A DNA stretch of 26,247 nucleotides from a virus (lineage: Duplodnaviria; Caudoviricetes), in IMG/VR virus record IMGVR_UViG_3300034071_001139, positions 1 to 26,247 of that record; one strand, given 5' to 3'. The notes under the pieces are model-generated. The model was not told the origin of the DNA, did no database searches, and saw only the letters and a program-made list of their open reading frames with translations. Of this stretch, positions 16,154 to 25,612 are shown one piece after another. Within the stretch, counting starts at the first letter, position 1. Each line of letters opens with the position of its first letter. Position numbers and translations under genes: made by a program.

Positions 16154-16569
16154 TATTTACCTGTGCATCGACTGCAACGATGGTATTCTCCATAAACATA
16201 TTTTGGGTCTGTCTTAAAAGTTCTACCACAAACACTACATTCTACATCTATTTTTTTATGTGATGGTCTGTTTCGTGGAGTACGTTCACCCTGCGGTGTT
16301 TCAATATCTTTAAACTCTCCAGTATCAACCCAATCGTTCTTTCTAGCTTTCACCGGTTCTCTTCTCCTACTATTAGAAGTATCTGTCTTTCTTACAACGA
16401 AGTTTTCATCCACGGTGACAGGTGGTGGCGTGGATGGCTTTTGTTTCACTTTTGGTGTTTGAGGTTCTTTTTCTTGCTTACTAGCGGTTGACTGTGATAG
16501 TAAAGACTCTACGAGCTTTTTCTTTTGTTCGTCTGATAGTGATGATAAAAATTCATCGAAGTTGTTCAT
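16153..16569 (-). CDS. Hypothetical protein with C-terminal zinc ribbon
   Basis: CSVC...CSRC at the C-terminus, low-complexity middle, overlaps both neighbours. Confidence 0.75.
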   Translation of the reverse strand: MNNFDEFLSSLSDEQKKKLVESLLSQSTASKQEKEPQTPKVKQKPSTPPPVTVDENFVVRKTDTSNSRRREPVKARKNDWVDTGEFKDIETPQGERTPRNRPSHKKIDVECSVCGRTFKTDPKYVYGEYHRCSRCTGK

Positions 16570-17048
16570 TGTCTCTTTCCTTTCTCTAGCAATATATCGG
16601 CTTTTCTTTTTAGTTCGAACACTTTGCCTTCTAATGCTTGAAGTCTACCCTCTGCCACCTGTCGCATATTTTCTAAAGAGGCGGCGTAAGAATTGTTTTG
16701 GGCTAAAATATACTTTTTAGATTCATGCTTTGTGTATTGACCAAATTGTTCTGGATTTCTTACGATCATCTTTTCCATCTCATCATGACACCAAGACAAT
16801 GCGATCTTATTTTTATTGATTTCGTCCTGTATATAAGTAGCATATCCATACAGCAAATAAGCCGCATCGAACGTTTCTTGTTGTGTTAGTTTCTTTAGGC
16901 TATCTAGTGGCAAGTCTGCTACTAACAAAAACTCTTCCTTAAATCCAACAAACTTTGTGTTGGTTATGTTAACATAGTCATTAATACTATTTATATGTTC
17001 AGATATTTTCTCAGACGCCTTTAATACGTTGTCGCCACTCATCATCAC
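16566..17048 (-). CDS. Helical / coiled-coil hypothetical protein (possibly a UvsY-like recombination mediator)
   Basis: All-helical pattern, size, and location near recA. The function is a contextual guess. Confidence 0.55.
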   Translation of the reverse strand: MMMSGDNVLKASEKISEHINSINDYVNITNTKFVGFKEEFLLVADLPLDSLKKLTQQETFDAAYLLYGYATYIQDEINKNKIALSWCHDEMEKMIVRNPEQFGQYTKHESKKYILAQNNSYAASLENMRQVAEGRLQALEGKVFELKRKADILLEKGKRQ

Positions 17049-17433
17049 TTTCTGAATATTTTAGGGTTATTAGCTCAATGTCGTTTAGTTCACACCAACA
17101 TATCTTATCTTCGTCGCGGACTTTTGACTTGATAAAATCTGCTTTACTCTTGTGGAAAAACTCACAGTATTCGTAGTGCTGTTGCCCATGAACCTCAATT
17201 CCCTTTTTAATCGAAGGAATGTAAAAGTCAAGGTACAAAACAGATTTTCTATGAGGCAGTGTGCTTCCCGGTAGTTTTACTTCTTCTAAAATTCTATAAC
17301 TATTGTATATCTCTTTTAATAAATTTCTAGCACGAAGATGGTATTTAGAACGCTTACGTGTGTCATCGTAAAATACATCATACTTAGTAAGATTCCACAC
17401 ATATTCTCTACCGTTTATTCCTACTACCTTCAA
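17011..17433 (-). CDS. Vsr / DUF559-like PD-(D/E)XK endonuclease
   Basis: LYLDFYIP...IEVHGQQHY...RDEDKICWCELNDIELI pattern. Confidence 0.8.
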   Translation of the reverse strand: MKVVGINGREYVWNLTKYDVFYDDTRKRSKYHLRARNLLKEIYNSYRILEEVKLPGSTLPHRKSVLYLDFYIPSIKKGIEVHGQQHYEYCEFFHKSKADFIKSKVRDEDKICWCELNDIELITLKYSESDDEWRQRIKGV

Positions 17434-18530
17434 TTTAGCTCCTTAATCTTATCATAGATAAAATCTGCAATCTTAGGATTTTCATTCAAAAATTCAGCAA
17501 CAGCATTTACGCCTTGAAACTTCAGAGCTTTTTCTATTTCTTCTGGAGTAGACGCATTCTTAGATGATAAGTATTCTTTGATTGTGGCATGGTCTGGGCT
17601 TTCAGAAGCACACGATATGGTATACCAAGCACCAGCAGCCTTAATTAGCCTAAACTCGCAGGCGATTTGAATAATTTCCTGTACTTCATCCACACCAACG
17701 CCATATCTAATCCACCCTTCCGCTGTGCTATTGGGCTTGCCGCCAGCACAGGAAGTCTTTACGTTCCAGTTAGCAATTTGCCCAACGTGTGTGCCAGTAT
17801 CTTTGGGAACTTGCCACTTTCCTCTGTGGGTAATTACCATATTTGTGCCAGCTTGATATTGTAACATATTTCCACAATCTGCCATCTTTTGTGGTGCGTA
17901 TGGAGAACCGCCAGTGTTAGCAATATTGTGCGTGATACATATTAATATAGTCTTGTTCTTCATAAGAGTTCCACTAATTCTCTTAAAAAACATGGATAGT
18001 AGTCTTGGCAGTGCGTTTCTTACGCCTGTTCTGACTTCGCCCTCAAGCTCTACTGCTGGAACCATATTAGATAATGAGTCTGCTATGATTAAACAGCCGG
18101 GATCATTATTAATATAGTACTCAATAATATTTAAAAAGTCCTCTGCGGATAATACTCTTTCGTCTGTGGATTCGACAATTAAAATATCATCTGATCGTAA
18201 GTCTTTAATCCCATCAAAATTATGCTTAGATAATCTACCTTCAGTGTTTAGATAGATAACTCTTTTACCCTTTTTTTGACACTTGGCAGCAAAATGAAGC
18301 GCAGTAGTGGTTTTACCGCTCTTGGGGTCGCCCGTCATGACAACTACCGACCCTTCTCTAATGCCGCCACCAAGAGCAATGTCTAGTGCTGGCGATAAAC
18401 CAACAACCTGTAGATTGTTGATATTTGCTAATACTTCCGTGCCACTTCTAACAACATCGCCATACTTGCTGACAATCGTGTTGCTAACAGCATCCTCTGT
18501 AAACTTACTTGGCTTCTTTACTTTGCTCAT
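17430..18530 (-). CDS. recA: RecA-like recombinase
   Basis: LDIALGGG, Walker A GDPKSGKTT, NTEG, Walker B IIADS, VPAVELEGE and AGAWY motifs. Confidence 0.95.
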   Translation of the reverse strand: MSKVKKPSKFTEDAVSNTIVSKYGDVVRSGTEVLANINNLQVVGLSPALDIALGGGIREGSVVVMTGDPKSGKTTTALHFAAKCQKKGKRVIYLNTEGRLSKHNFDGIKDLRSDDILIVESTDERVLSAEDFLNIIEYYINNDPGCLIIADSLSNMVPAVELEGEVRTGVRNALPRLLSMFFKRISGTLMKNKTILICITHNIANTGGSPYAPQKMADCGNMLQYQAGTNMVITHRGKWQVPKDTGTHVGQIANWNVKTSCAGGKPNSTAEGWIRYGVGVDEVQEIIQIACEFRLIKAAGAWYTISCASESPDHATIKEYLSSKNASTPEEIEKALKFQGVNAVAEFLNENPKIADFIYDKIKELN

Positions 18531-19048
18531 AGGTTCCTCAAATTGTTCATGGTTGTCCTTTTTGTATTATAGCTTTGAGTAGCTCTAGTTTCAAGTCTGG
18601 GTAATTCTTTTTCTTCAACTTCTAGATTTACTTCAATTTTTTTATTAGCTTCTTCAATTTGTTTTTGATGCTTGGCTATTACCTTTTCAGCCTCTGGATT
18701 GACTTTGTATCCTCTGCCATTCTGTATGCCAATGACTAATAGCCTATCAAAATCCTTGGACTTAATAGCACTTAGTATAGCTTCTTCGCTATATTTCTTT
18801 TTCAACTGTATAGCAGCACCATATTGTTTTTTCCATATCCAGTGTAAAGGATCGCCCTTAGTCCAAAATTTATAAGAGGGCTTCCCTAAGTTCAACCTTT
18901 CTGAACGTCGCAAAATAAGATATTCAGCAACATATGCTTCAAATGTACAATATTCACCAGTATGAATATGTTTATATTTATGAGTTTCAGACCACTGCTT
19001 CTGGTAGTCTTTATTAAACAGTTCTGGTTTTGGTTTCTTGGGTTTCAT
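18527..19048 (-). CDS. Hypothetical basic protein
   Basis: 173-aa ORF overlapping both neighbours in the operon; no motif recognised. Confidence 0.75.
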   Translation of the reverse strand: MKPKKPKPELFNKDYQKQWSETHKYKHIHTGEYCTFEAYVAEYLILRRSERLNLGKPSYKFWTKGDPLHWIWKKQYGAAIQLKKKYSEEAILSAIKSKDFDRLLVIGIQNGRGYKVNPEAEKVIAKHQKQIEEANKKIEVNLEVEEKELPRLETRATQSYNTKRTTMNNLRNL

Positions 19049-19460
19049 AATTCAAAATTAGTGCTTCCTTAAAGCAATCTTCAACATCTGTTTCATCTTT
19101 AATTTCTGATACCAACTCTGGCGTAACCCATAGTTCTTTTTTCAATTTAGTCCCATAAAGCTTGCCTATGGTTATGGACTGTCTACTGTTTTCTCCCATC
19201 ATTCCAATAAGAGAGCGTATCAAGTATACACCATCGGTATCCGCCGTGTCAACCTCTACATAATGTGATCGGTATTGCAGGCCCACTTTGATCACTTTTA
19301 ATTTTTGTTTTTGACATATATCTTTAAGCTTTAGCCAAGACTGATGATCTGGTAAATAGTAGTCTATTTCACTTGATAGCGTGGCTCTGATCCAAACCTT
19401 ATATTTGTCTTTTCTATATTCTTGAAGCCACAGGTCATGTGACGTAATTAGGGTTGTCAT
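19014..19460 (-). CDS. Hypothetical protein
   Basis: 148-aa ORF with ATGA overlap to the upstream gene; no motif recognised. Confidence 0.75.
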   Translation of the reverse strand: MTTLITSHDLWLQEYRKDKYKVWIRATLSSEIDYYLPDHQSWLKLKDICQKQKLKVIKVGLQYRSHYVEVDTADTDGVYLIRSLIGMMGENSRQSITIGKLYGTKLKKELWVTPELVSEIKDETDVEDCFKEALILNYETQETKTRTV

Positions 19461-20062
19461 AAAACTCTCTTATATGCTATAAAGTTATCTTGCGTTTTTG
19501 ATTTTTTGTGATTTCCGCTATACATGCACAAAATTTTAAATCCTAAAGGTATATTCTTAGTAAATATTTGTAATTCATTATCTTGAATATCTTCAATGAT
19601 GTAAACACCGCCAACTGATACAAATTTTGATAACACATTTAATGAACACAGCTGATGTTGTGAAATATGAGAACCATCATCTATGATGATATCAAAAGTA
19701 CTAATATTGTTGTCGTTAAAAATCTGGTCAACAGTTGTCATAATAGATTTTACATTAGACTGATCAACAAAATAACATTTTATTCTTGTATCTTCAAATA
19801 AGACAGAGGTATCTATATCTAAGCCATATATGGTAGCTTTTGGGAAAAAATCTCTCCAAGCTTTTAAACTAGCACCCTCTATGTATCCTTGTCCAACAAT
19901 TGGTGCCATAATATTTTTCGTACCTACTCCAATTTCTAACACATTATTTACACTTATTTGCTCTGTAATGGCATAATAATATTTTGAATAAGTATGAAAA
20001 ATACTCTCACATTTATCAGAACCATATTTTTCAAATAGTTCACAAAGCGGTGTTTTTAGCAT
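19457..20062 (-). CDS. Class I SAM-dependent methyltransferase, sugar O-methyltransferase (MycE/TylE)-like
   Basis: YGSDK...HTY, VLEIGV, GASLKAWRDFFP...GLDI, DQS, DIIIDDGSH and GGVYIIED motifs. Start placed at ATG 20062; 20071 is an alternative. Confidence 0.85.
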   Translation of the reverse strand: MLKTPLCELFEKYGSDKCESIFHTYSKYYYAITEQISVNNVLEIGVGTKNIMAPIVGQGYIEGASLKAWRDFFPKATIYGLDIDTSVLFEDTRIKCYFVDQSNVKSIMTTVDQIFNDNNISTFDIIIDDGSHISQHQLCSLNVLSKFVSVGGVYIIEDIQDNELQIFTKNIPLGFKILCMYSGNHKKSKTQDNFIAYKRVL

Positions 20063-20694
20063 ATTGCCCATTGTTTCATTTTTTCTTTTCTGTTGTTCCA
20101 CATCGTGGCGTGTAAGAACCTTCCGGTAATTAAATATTCTTGCTCATTAAATCTAACATCATTTTTATGTACATTAAATTCGTATGGGAGTGATAGGATA
20201 CCATTTTTATAGTCTTGATTTTCTGATATTAATTTAACATTAGCGCCTTGCTCCCACCACTTATGATGAATAAAATCAGTTTGGTTCCATAAGTCTGATA
20301 ATAGAGGTATGGAGCTTTTATTTAATAACCATATACCACAGTTAGGAACATCACCTTCATGTCTATCTTTGTGGATGACAAGTCCTTGCATGAATGTATT
20401 ATCAAAATTTTCACCAATATCCTTATCAAATTTTTTAATGACCACATCGCTATCAACCCATAACGCTATGTCGTAAGACTCTAACAAATACTTAATAATT
20501 GGCACTTTTAACCAAGAGGTTGGCCGATTGCTATTCCAACCTAGTGATGCACATATCTTAGACACTTCTGACAAAGACGGTATAAAAATGTCATAATCGT
20601 GCTGATTGCCGTATCTATAAAAAGATGGTAGAGCTATGGATAGTAAATCAATATAATCTTGTCCAGTTGCAAAACTGACTAATACCTTACTCAT
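20056..20694 (-). CDS. Glycosyltransferase, GT-A fold, GT34 (MNN10-like)
   Basis: WLKV, WVDSDVVI (DxD), NCGIWLL and WWEQGA motifs. Confidence 0.8.
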   Translation of the reverse strand: MSKVLVSFATGQDYIDLLSIALPSFYRYGNQHDYDIFIPSLSEVSKICASLGWNSNRPTSWLKVPIIKYLLESYDIALWVDSDVVIKKFDKDIGENFDNTFMQGLVIHKDRHEGDVPNCGIWLLNKSSIPLLSDLWNQTDFIHHKWWEQGANVKLISENQDYKNGILSLPYEFNVHKNDVRFNEQEYLITGRFLHATMWNNRKEKMKQWAIC

Positions 20695-20700
20695 CTGATT

Positions 20701-21003
20701 TTATTTTTTAGCAGTAGTAATGCAAGATTCGGTTTTGGGTGGTAGTTTTCTCTTTCGAACAACATCCCCCATAGTGGAGGCATTTTCTGTCATTACCACA
20801 GACCCCTTAGTTCTAGCAAACTGATCACTTGTTGTCAATGGCTTTGGTGCAAATTCTTTTTGAGCCTTAGTGACGCACTTTTCAATAGACTTAATGCCAC
20901 GATCTAAATCGGTAGCAATATCGTGTATGTCCTTACCAAGCTTAACATGTTCTTGAATATAAAACACTTCAACCTTGCTTAGTGGTCCTTTTTTATTAGC
21001 CAT
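20701..21003 (-). CDS. Hypothetical protein, possible helix-turn-helix
   Basis: IHDIATDLDRGIKSIEKCV resembles an HTH. AAGGAG RBS. Confidence 0.6.
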   Translation of the reverse strand: MANKKGPLSKVEVFYIQEHVKLGKDIHDIATDLDRGIKSIEKCVTKAQKEFAPKPLTTSDQFARTKGSVVMTENASTMGDVVRKRKLPPKTESCITTAKK

Positions 21004-21337
21004 TGATAAAACTCCTTTGCGCTCTAGTATAATATAGAGAGTTTTTTGTCCTTAGATACATAATATAATAATCAAATGTTTGACGAGATACCTGTTTGAG
21101 TTCTGTTCTTCTCCAAATATCTCTTCTTGCCTCTGGACCCATTGGGTCTAGTGGAATATTGTTATATGTTCTTAATAGATATTGGTGCTGAAACTCGCCC
21201 TTGCCAAGATCAATCTCAAGCGTTTTAGCAAATATCTTATCTTCCTCATCGTTAGTCAAAACGCCCTTTGAATTAAAAAGGTGTTGTACTGACTCTTTCT
21301 CTAGATCGCCCTTGTTAAGCTTTTCAATAAATTTCAT
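20996..21337 (-). CDS. Hypothetical protein
   Basis: 113-aa ORF coupled to both neighbours. Confidence 0.75.
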   Translation of the reverse strand: MKFIEKLNKGDLEKESVQHLFNSKGVLTNDEEDKIFAKTLEIDLGKGEFQHQYLLRTYNNIPLDPMGPEARRDIWRRTELKQVSRQTFDYYIMYLRTKNSLYYTRAQRSFING

Positions 21338-21687
21338 TTTTCACCTGTCATAATGTACTTATTCTTTTGATCCACGGTCATTTTACTGATTTCTTTTTTG
21401 GAAGCACTTCCAAAGATTGACAGTGGAGATTCTTCTTTAGATTTATTTTCAACACCCTTGTGTTCAATTTCAGAACGCTGATAGTGTCCCATCTGTGACC
21501 AATTTTTGTCAGCTATTTGGCCTATAGTTTTTGCGTCTTTCATGAAAGACCCTAACCCACCATATATTACTCTACAGAGGGTGTCCTTTCCACAGTTGGG
21601 ACATTTTACCAAAGCATTGTCTTTTATGGATTGGTATACATCAGTCATTTCATGCGAACAGTTGTCGCACCTATAATCATATAGCAT
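21334..21687 (-). CDS. FmdB-family zinc ribbon protein
   Basis: YDYRCDNC...QSIKD...CPNCGK...RVI pattern. GAGGA RBS. Confidence 0.85.
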   Translation of the reverse strand: MLYDYRCDNCSHEMTDVYQSIKDNALVKCPNCGKDTLCRVIYGGLGSFMKDAKTIGQIADKNWSQMGHYQRSEIEHKGVENKSKEESPLSIFGSASKKEISKMTVDQKNKYIMTGEK

Positions 21688-21693
21688 ATTTCC

Positions 21694-22374
21694 TCAAGAT
21701 TCTAAAGCGTATAAAACAGCCCCTAATATTCCATTTCTTTGAATGTCATGATAATCTAATCCACAAATTCCTATACGATCAATGCCCTTAAGTTTACTTA
21801 AGCAGTAATTTAATCCATTGGTGTCGTATAAATCTGTTTGCTTAGTATCACCATTGATCATGACCTTGGAATGTTCGCCCATGCGTGTTATGAACATCTT
21901 TATTTGTTCAAGTGTGCAGTTTTGAGCTTCGTCTAAAATCATATAAGAGTTATGAAAAGTTGATCCTCTCATGGTTTCTAGAGGCTCAAATCTGATCCTT
22001 CTAGTATTATAATAGAGTCCAAACTTGTCTCTTCCAAGAAAATATTTTAAATTTTCTTCCATTGGCTGAAGATATGGTTTGATTTTATCCCCTAATTCCC
22101 CCGGTAATGACCCTATGTCTTTACCAGTACACACTAGAGGGCGGGTCACTATTATAGTTTCAATCTGATCTTTCAGTAAGTGTTCAGCAGCTATGCCAGC
22201 GGCAATGAAAGATTTGCCCGTTCCAGATGGACCGGTACAAAATGTAATATCGTTCTCTATAATAGAACGTATATATTCTTTCTGATTTTCTGTTTTAGCT
22301 ACTAAAACGTTTGGTTTCGGTTGTGTTTTATTCTTTTTGTTTTTCTTCGGGTTGTTATAGGCCGCTGCTGCCAA
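21694..22374 (-). CDS. phoH: PhoH-family ATPase
   Basis: GPSGTGKS, TRP, GSLPG, MRGSTF, ILDEAQN, TRMG and GDTKQTD motifs. TTG start as sequenced (see finding at 22378). Confidence 0.95.
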   Translation of the reverse strand: MAAAAYNNPKKNKKNKTQPKPNVLVAKTENQKEYIRSIIENDITFCTGPSGTGKSFIAAGIAAEHLLKDQIETIIVTRPLVCTGKDIGSLPGELGDKIKPYLQPMEENLKYFLGRDKFGLYYNTRRIRFEPLETMRGSTFHNSYMILDEAQNCTLEQIKMFITRMGEHSKVMINGDTKQTDLYDTNGLNYCLSKLKGIDRIGICGLDYHDIQRNGILGAVLYALES

Positions 22375-22813
22375 AGCGATTTTCTCCTCGTTGCGAGGAA
22401 CCTAACGTCGCATGGACCTCCAATTTTACGCGAGGAACCTCTTGGAATATAATCTGAGCGATTCTATCCCCGATATGTACTACAACATTCTCATCAGAAG
22501 TGTTATAAAGACATACCATTATCTCTCCTCTATATCCACAATCCACCACGCCCGCCAAAACATCTATGCCTTGTTTAACTGATAAGCCCGATCTGGGCCA
22601 TATTAAACCAGCCATGTGTTCTGGCATCTCTAGTGCTATCCCAGTGCTGACAGTCTTGCGTTGTTTTGATGGAATGACGGTTTCTACAGTTGAATATAAA
22701 TCACAACCGGCGTCATTCATATTAGCCTTAGTGGGAATCTTGGCTAGCTCATTTAATAATGAGACTTTAATTACATCATAATCAATATCCCAGCGATCTT
22801 CATAAATTGTCAT
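22355..22813 (-). CDS. dut: Trimeric dUTPase
   Basis: AGCDL, PRSGL, GVVDCGYRGE, GDRIAQ and RGENRFGSSG (motifs I-V). Confidence 0.95.
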   Translation of the reverse strand: MTIYEDRWDIDYDVIKVSLLNELAKIPTKANMNDAGCDLYSTVETVIPSKQRKTVSTGIALEMPEHMAGLIWPRSGLSVKQGIDVLAGVVDCGYRGEIMVCLYNTSDENVVVHIGDRIAQIIFQEVPRVKLEVHATLGSSQRGENRFGSSGL

Positions 22814-23889
22814 ATTTCCATTCCTCCAAGGTCCATGTCCTCTAAATCGTTTTTGCTAGCACCAATTTTATATGAAGTAATTTCATGTTCTTGTGGTGCT
22901 ACCTGTACGGACTCACTATTCATCCACGGGTCAGTCCATCCCGATATTGGATTTTTACATCCCTTGTCATATGGTAAACCAATGTTTTTCCTTCTGGTCA
23001 TACATAGCCAATCTACATAATCTGCCATTACCTTGTCATTTAAACCAATTATAGAGCCATCTTTAAAAAGATATTCTGACCAAGCTTTTTCTTCTGCTGC
23101 CGCTGATTCAAACATGCGGACAGCATCTTCTTCACATTCTTCTGCTATCTTTACGAACCCCTCGTCAGGATTGTTTCGAAGAATTTTAATAATCTCTTGA
23201 GTATTATATAAGTGCAGAGCTTCATCACGCTTAATAAGTTTAATGATATCGGCATTGCCAATCATTTTCTTATTTTCAGCGAACGCAAAAGCACAGATAA
23301 ATGATACATAAAAACGCACCGCTTCTAGAATGTTAACGCTAATAAGAGTTAGGTAAATCTGCTTTTTAATATCTTTAAGCTTGCCGGAATGTCCTATCTC
23401 TCGTAAAGCGTTATACTCTTTGATCGCTACGTTGGCTCGTTTTAAAATTTCTTTATCTGTTAGGCAACTATCTAATATTTCACTAGGATTACTATAGACA
23501 TTTTTAATAATATATGTGTAGCTATAGCTGTGAATTTGTTCGAAGAATTGCCATACGTTCATGCAGGCTTCTAATTCTGGATTAGAAACGTATTCGGTTA
23601 GTGTTGGAACGCCACGACAAATGACGCTATCCATCATTGTTTGATATTTTAAATTTGAAGTAAAGATGAAACGCTCATTCTCTGACATAATATCGTCATT
23701 CTTGAAATCATTTCTATCTTTTTTTAATTCAATTTCTTCTGGACGCCAAAAGAATTCAAGTTGCTTCTTATAAAGATCAAAAAATACTGGGTACTTAAAT
23801 TTATCATATCTTTGTAGAGATAAATCTTCGCCCAAAAAAAGTGGCTGGGCTAAATAGTCAACGTTATTTTTATTTAATATTGTTTTCAT
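22810..23889 (-). CDS. nrdB: Ribonucleotide reductase class Ia beta subunit
   Basis: FFWRPEE, DSV, EQIHSYSY (radical Tyr), EAVRFY, RDEALH and EITSY motifs. Start placed at ATG 23889 after a GAGG RBS. Confidence 0.95.
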   Translation of the reverse strand: MKTILNKNNVDYLAQPLFLGEDLSLQRYDKFKYPVFFDLYKKQLEFFWRPEEIELKKDRNDFKNDDIMSENERFIFTSNLKYQTMMDSVICRGVPTLTEYVSNPELEACMNVWQFFEQIHSYSYTYIIKNVYSNPSEILDSCLTDKEILKRANVAIKEYNALREIGHSGKLKDIKKQIYLTLISVNILEAVRFYVSFICAFAFAENKKMIGNADIIKLIKRDEALHLYNTQEIIKILRNNPDEGFVKIAEECEEDAVRMFESAAAEEKAWSEYLFKDGSIIGLNDKVMADYVDWLCMTRRKNIGLPYDKGCKNPISGWTDPWMNSESVQVAPQEHEITSYKIGASKNDLEDMDLGGMEI

Positions 23890-23903
23890 AAGATAATACC
23901 TCT

Positions 23904-24953
23904 TTATATTGCACACGATCCAGATTCGCAATCAGATGACTTTTCTGTTTGACCATCACCGTCAGGAGTATTGCAATAATAAAAGTTCTTTACGCCATAT
24001 TTATACCCATAAATCTGATCTTTTATCAAAATACTCAAGGGTATATTGCCTTCTGGATAGTGGGAATAATTATAATATAGATTCACGCTAATACTCATAT
24101 CTACGAATTTTTGTAGTACCGCACAAATATTTAGGATAGCCTTATTATCGGGCATTTCCCACGCTAGAGTATAGTAATTCTTGCGTGACATATAATTTGG
24201 CACTAGCTGCTTTAGAACGCCATTCTTAGCCTTCTTGTAAGACATTAGGTTCCTGACAGGCTCAATACCATTTGTGCTGTTCTGGATCACGCTAGACGAT
24301 TCACAGGGCATAATAGCAGTCAACGTAGAATGTCTTAGCCCGTGTGTTTTTATTCTTTCTCGCAACCCTTCCCAATCCATAGTATACTCTGGCTTAACCA
24401 GTTCGTCAACTGTTTTTTTATACCAATCTATTGGCAGTAATCCCTGCCCATATTTAGTCTCTTGGAATTTTGCACATGGCCCCTTGATATGTGCCAATTT
24501 GCATGACTCATTCAGTAGATGCCACTGAATCTTTTCCATCATTTCGTGGACAAGCTTGGGCGTTTCTGGATCGTCATATTTCAATTTATTCTTAGCTAAA
24601 TATGCTGCAAAATTAGTGATCCCTATTCCAAGCGATCTTCTGTTCTTGGTAAAGTTCTCGCCAGCCGCCACCGGATAGTCTTGATAATCTATAATAGACT
24701 CCAGAGTTCTAACGGCGACAGAACACGCTTTCTCAATATCTTTATCATCTTCAATTTCTAGCAAGTTTAGTGCTGACAAAATACAAATACCAATCTCGCC
24801 CTCTTTATCATCAATAGAAGAAATCGGAGTAGTTGGGTGAATAATTTCTTGGCAATTATGTACTAAAATACCATTAGCATAGAAGTTATTATTATTTGCT
24901 ACTGTGATATCAAAAACGTCGGATCGTTCATTTATTTTTTGGATTTTTAGCAT
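23904..24953 (-). CDS. nrdA: Ribonucleotide reductase alpha subunit, C-terminal part, fused to split-intein IntC
   Basis: After 33 aa of IntC: CQEI (radical Cys and Glu), GICIL, RRSLGIG, GLRHSTLTAIMP, FYY and terminal CESGSCAI. Own AAGGA RBS. Confidence 0.95.
   Translation of the reverse strand: MLKIQKINERSDVFDITVANNNNFYANGILVHNCQEIIHPTTPISSIDDKEGEIGICILSALNLLEIEDDKDIEKACSVAVRTLESIIDYQDYPVAAGENFTKNRRSLGIGITNFAAYLAKNKLKYDDPETPKLVHEMMEKIQWHLLNESCKLAHIKGPCAKFQETKYGQGLLPIDWYKKTVDELVKPEYTMDWEGLRERIKTHGLRHSTLTAIMPCESSSVIQNSTNGIEPVRNLMSYKKAKNGVLKQLVPNYMSRKNYYTLAWEMPDNKAILNICAVLQKFVDMSISVNLYYNYSHYPEGNIPLSILIKDQIYGYKYGVKNFYYCNTPDGDGQTEKSSDCESGSCAI
24855..24953 (-). other. Split intein C-fragment (IntC, 33 aa)
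   Basis: MLKIQKINERSDVFDITVANNNNFYANGILVHN|C: block F (VFDITV...NFYANG) and block G (VHN followed by Cys+1). Confidence 0.95.
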
Positions 24954-25611
24954 GTTTGTCCTTTAATGTTTTACTTATTTTTTCGTTATATTCTTTTTTA
25001 TATCGCTCATTGTATGAAAGCTTAAAAGAATCTTCAGTGTGTGGTATATTTAGGTCATTAAGCCTTGATTTCAATGCTCTGATGAAATTTTTATAACCGC
25101 CACCAAATCTAAATTTTGTGTAACTAACTGGTAGCTTGTTGTTTTTGCAATATTTGAACCAAGCCACCCGTATTAACTTATTATTATTATCCTTGTAAAA
25201 CTCTACTGCTTTTTCTAAGATTTCTTCATTTGTTATTGACCTAGAGTTTGGATTATCAAGACCCTGTGTTCTTTTTTGTATTGATTTTTTCCATGCCTCT
25301 AGCTTGTGATCTGGAACAGACCATCCTCCAACTCCACCATATGTTTCATTATACCCATTTTTAATTGTGTCTAATTCAGTAATATAATACTGCTCTTTTA
25401 GAAGTGCCTCGTCCTTGTTTTCTGATGAATATAAGATTTCAATAGTAATATTTTCAATGCCATAAAGCCTAATGGCTCGATATAAATGAGAATCTATTCC
25501 GTAACTAGCATTGGTGTAATGCTTGTGAATTCTATTTATTACTCCTTGACCAGTAAATCCTACATATTTTTTATTTGTGTCTTTGAATGTTAAACAGTAT
25601 ATTTCGTACAT
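24928..25611 (-). CDS. Free-standing GIY-YIG homing endonuclease
   Basis: EIY...YVG, conserved R, LYRAIRLYG, catalytic E (KEQYYI) and GYN motifs, plus a C-terminal DNA-binding-like region (TNEEIL...RFG). AGGAG RBS. Confidence 0.92.
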   Translation of the reverse strand: MYEIYCLTFKDTNKKYVGFTGQGVINRIHKHYTNASYGIDSHLYRAIRLYGIENITIEILYSSENKDEALLKEQYYITELDTIKNGYNETYGGVGGWSVPDHKLEAWKKSIQKRTQGLDNPNSRSITNEEILEKAVEFYKDNNNKLIRVAWFKYCKNNKLPVSYTKFRFGGGYKNFIRALKSRLNDLNIPHTEDSFKLSYNERYKKEYNEKISKTLKDKHAKNPKNK

Positions 25612-25612
25612 T

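Noticed and set aside
17011-17433. Vsr-like nuclease as a third gene-fracturing homing endonuclease
   Set aside because: The flanking recA is complete and no intein fragments are adjacent.
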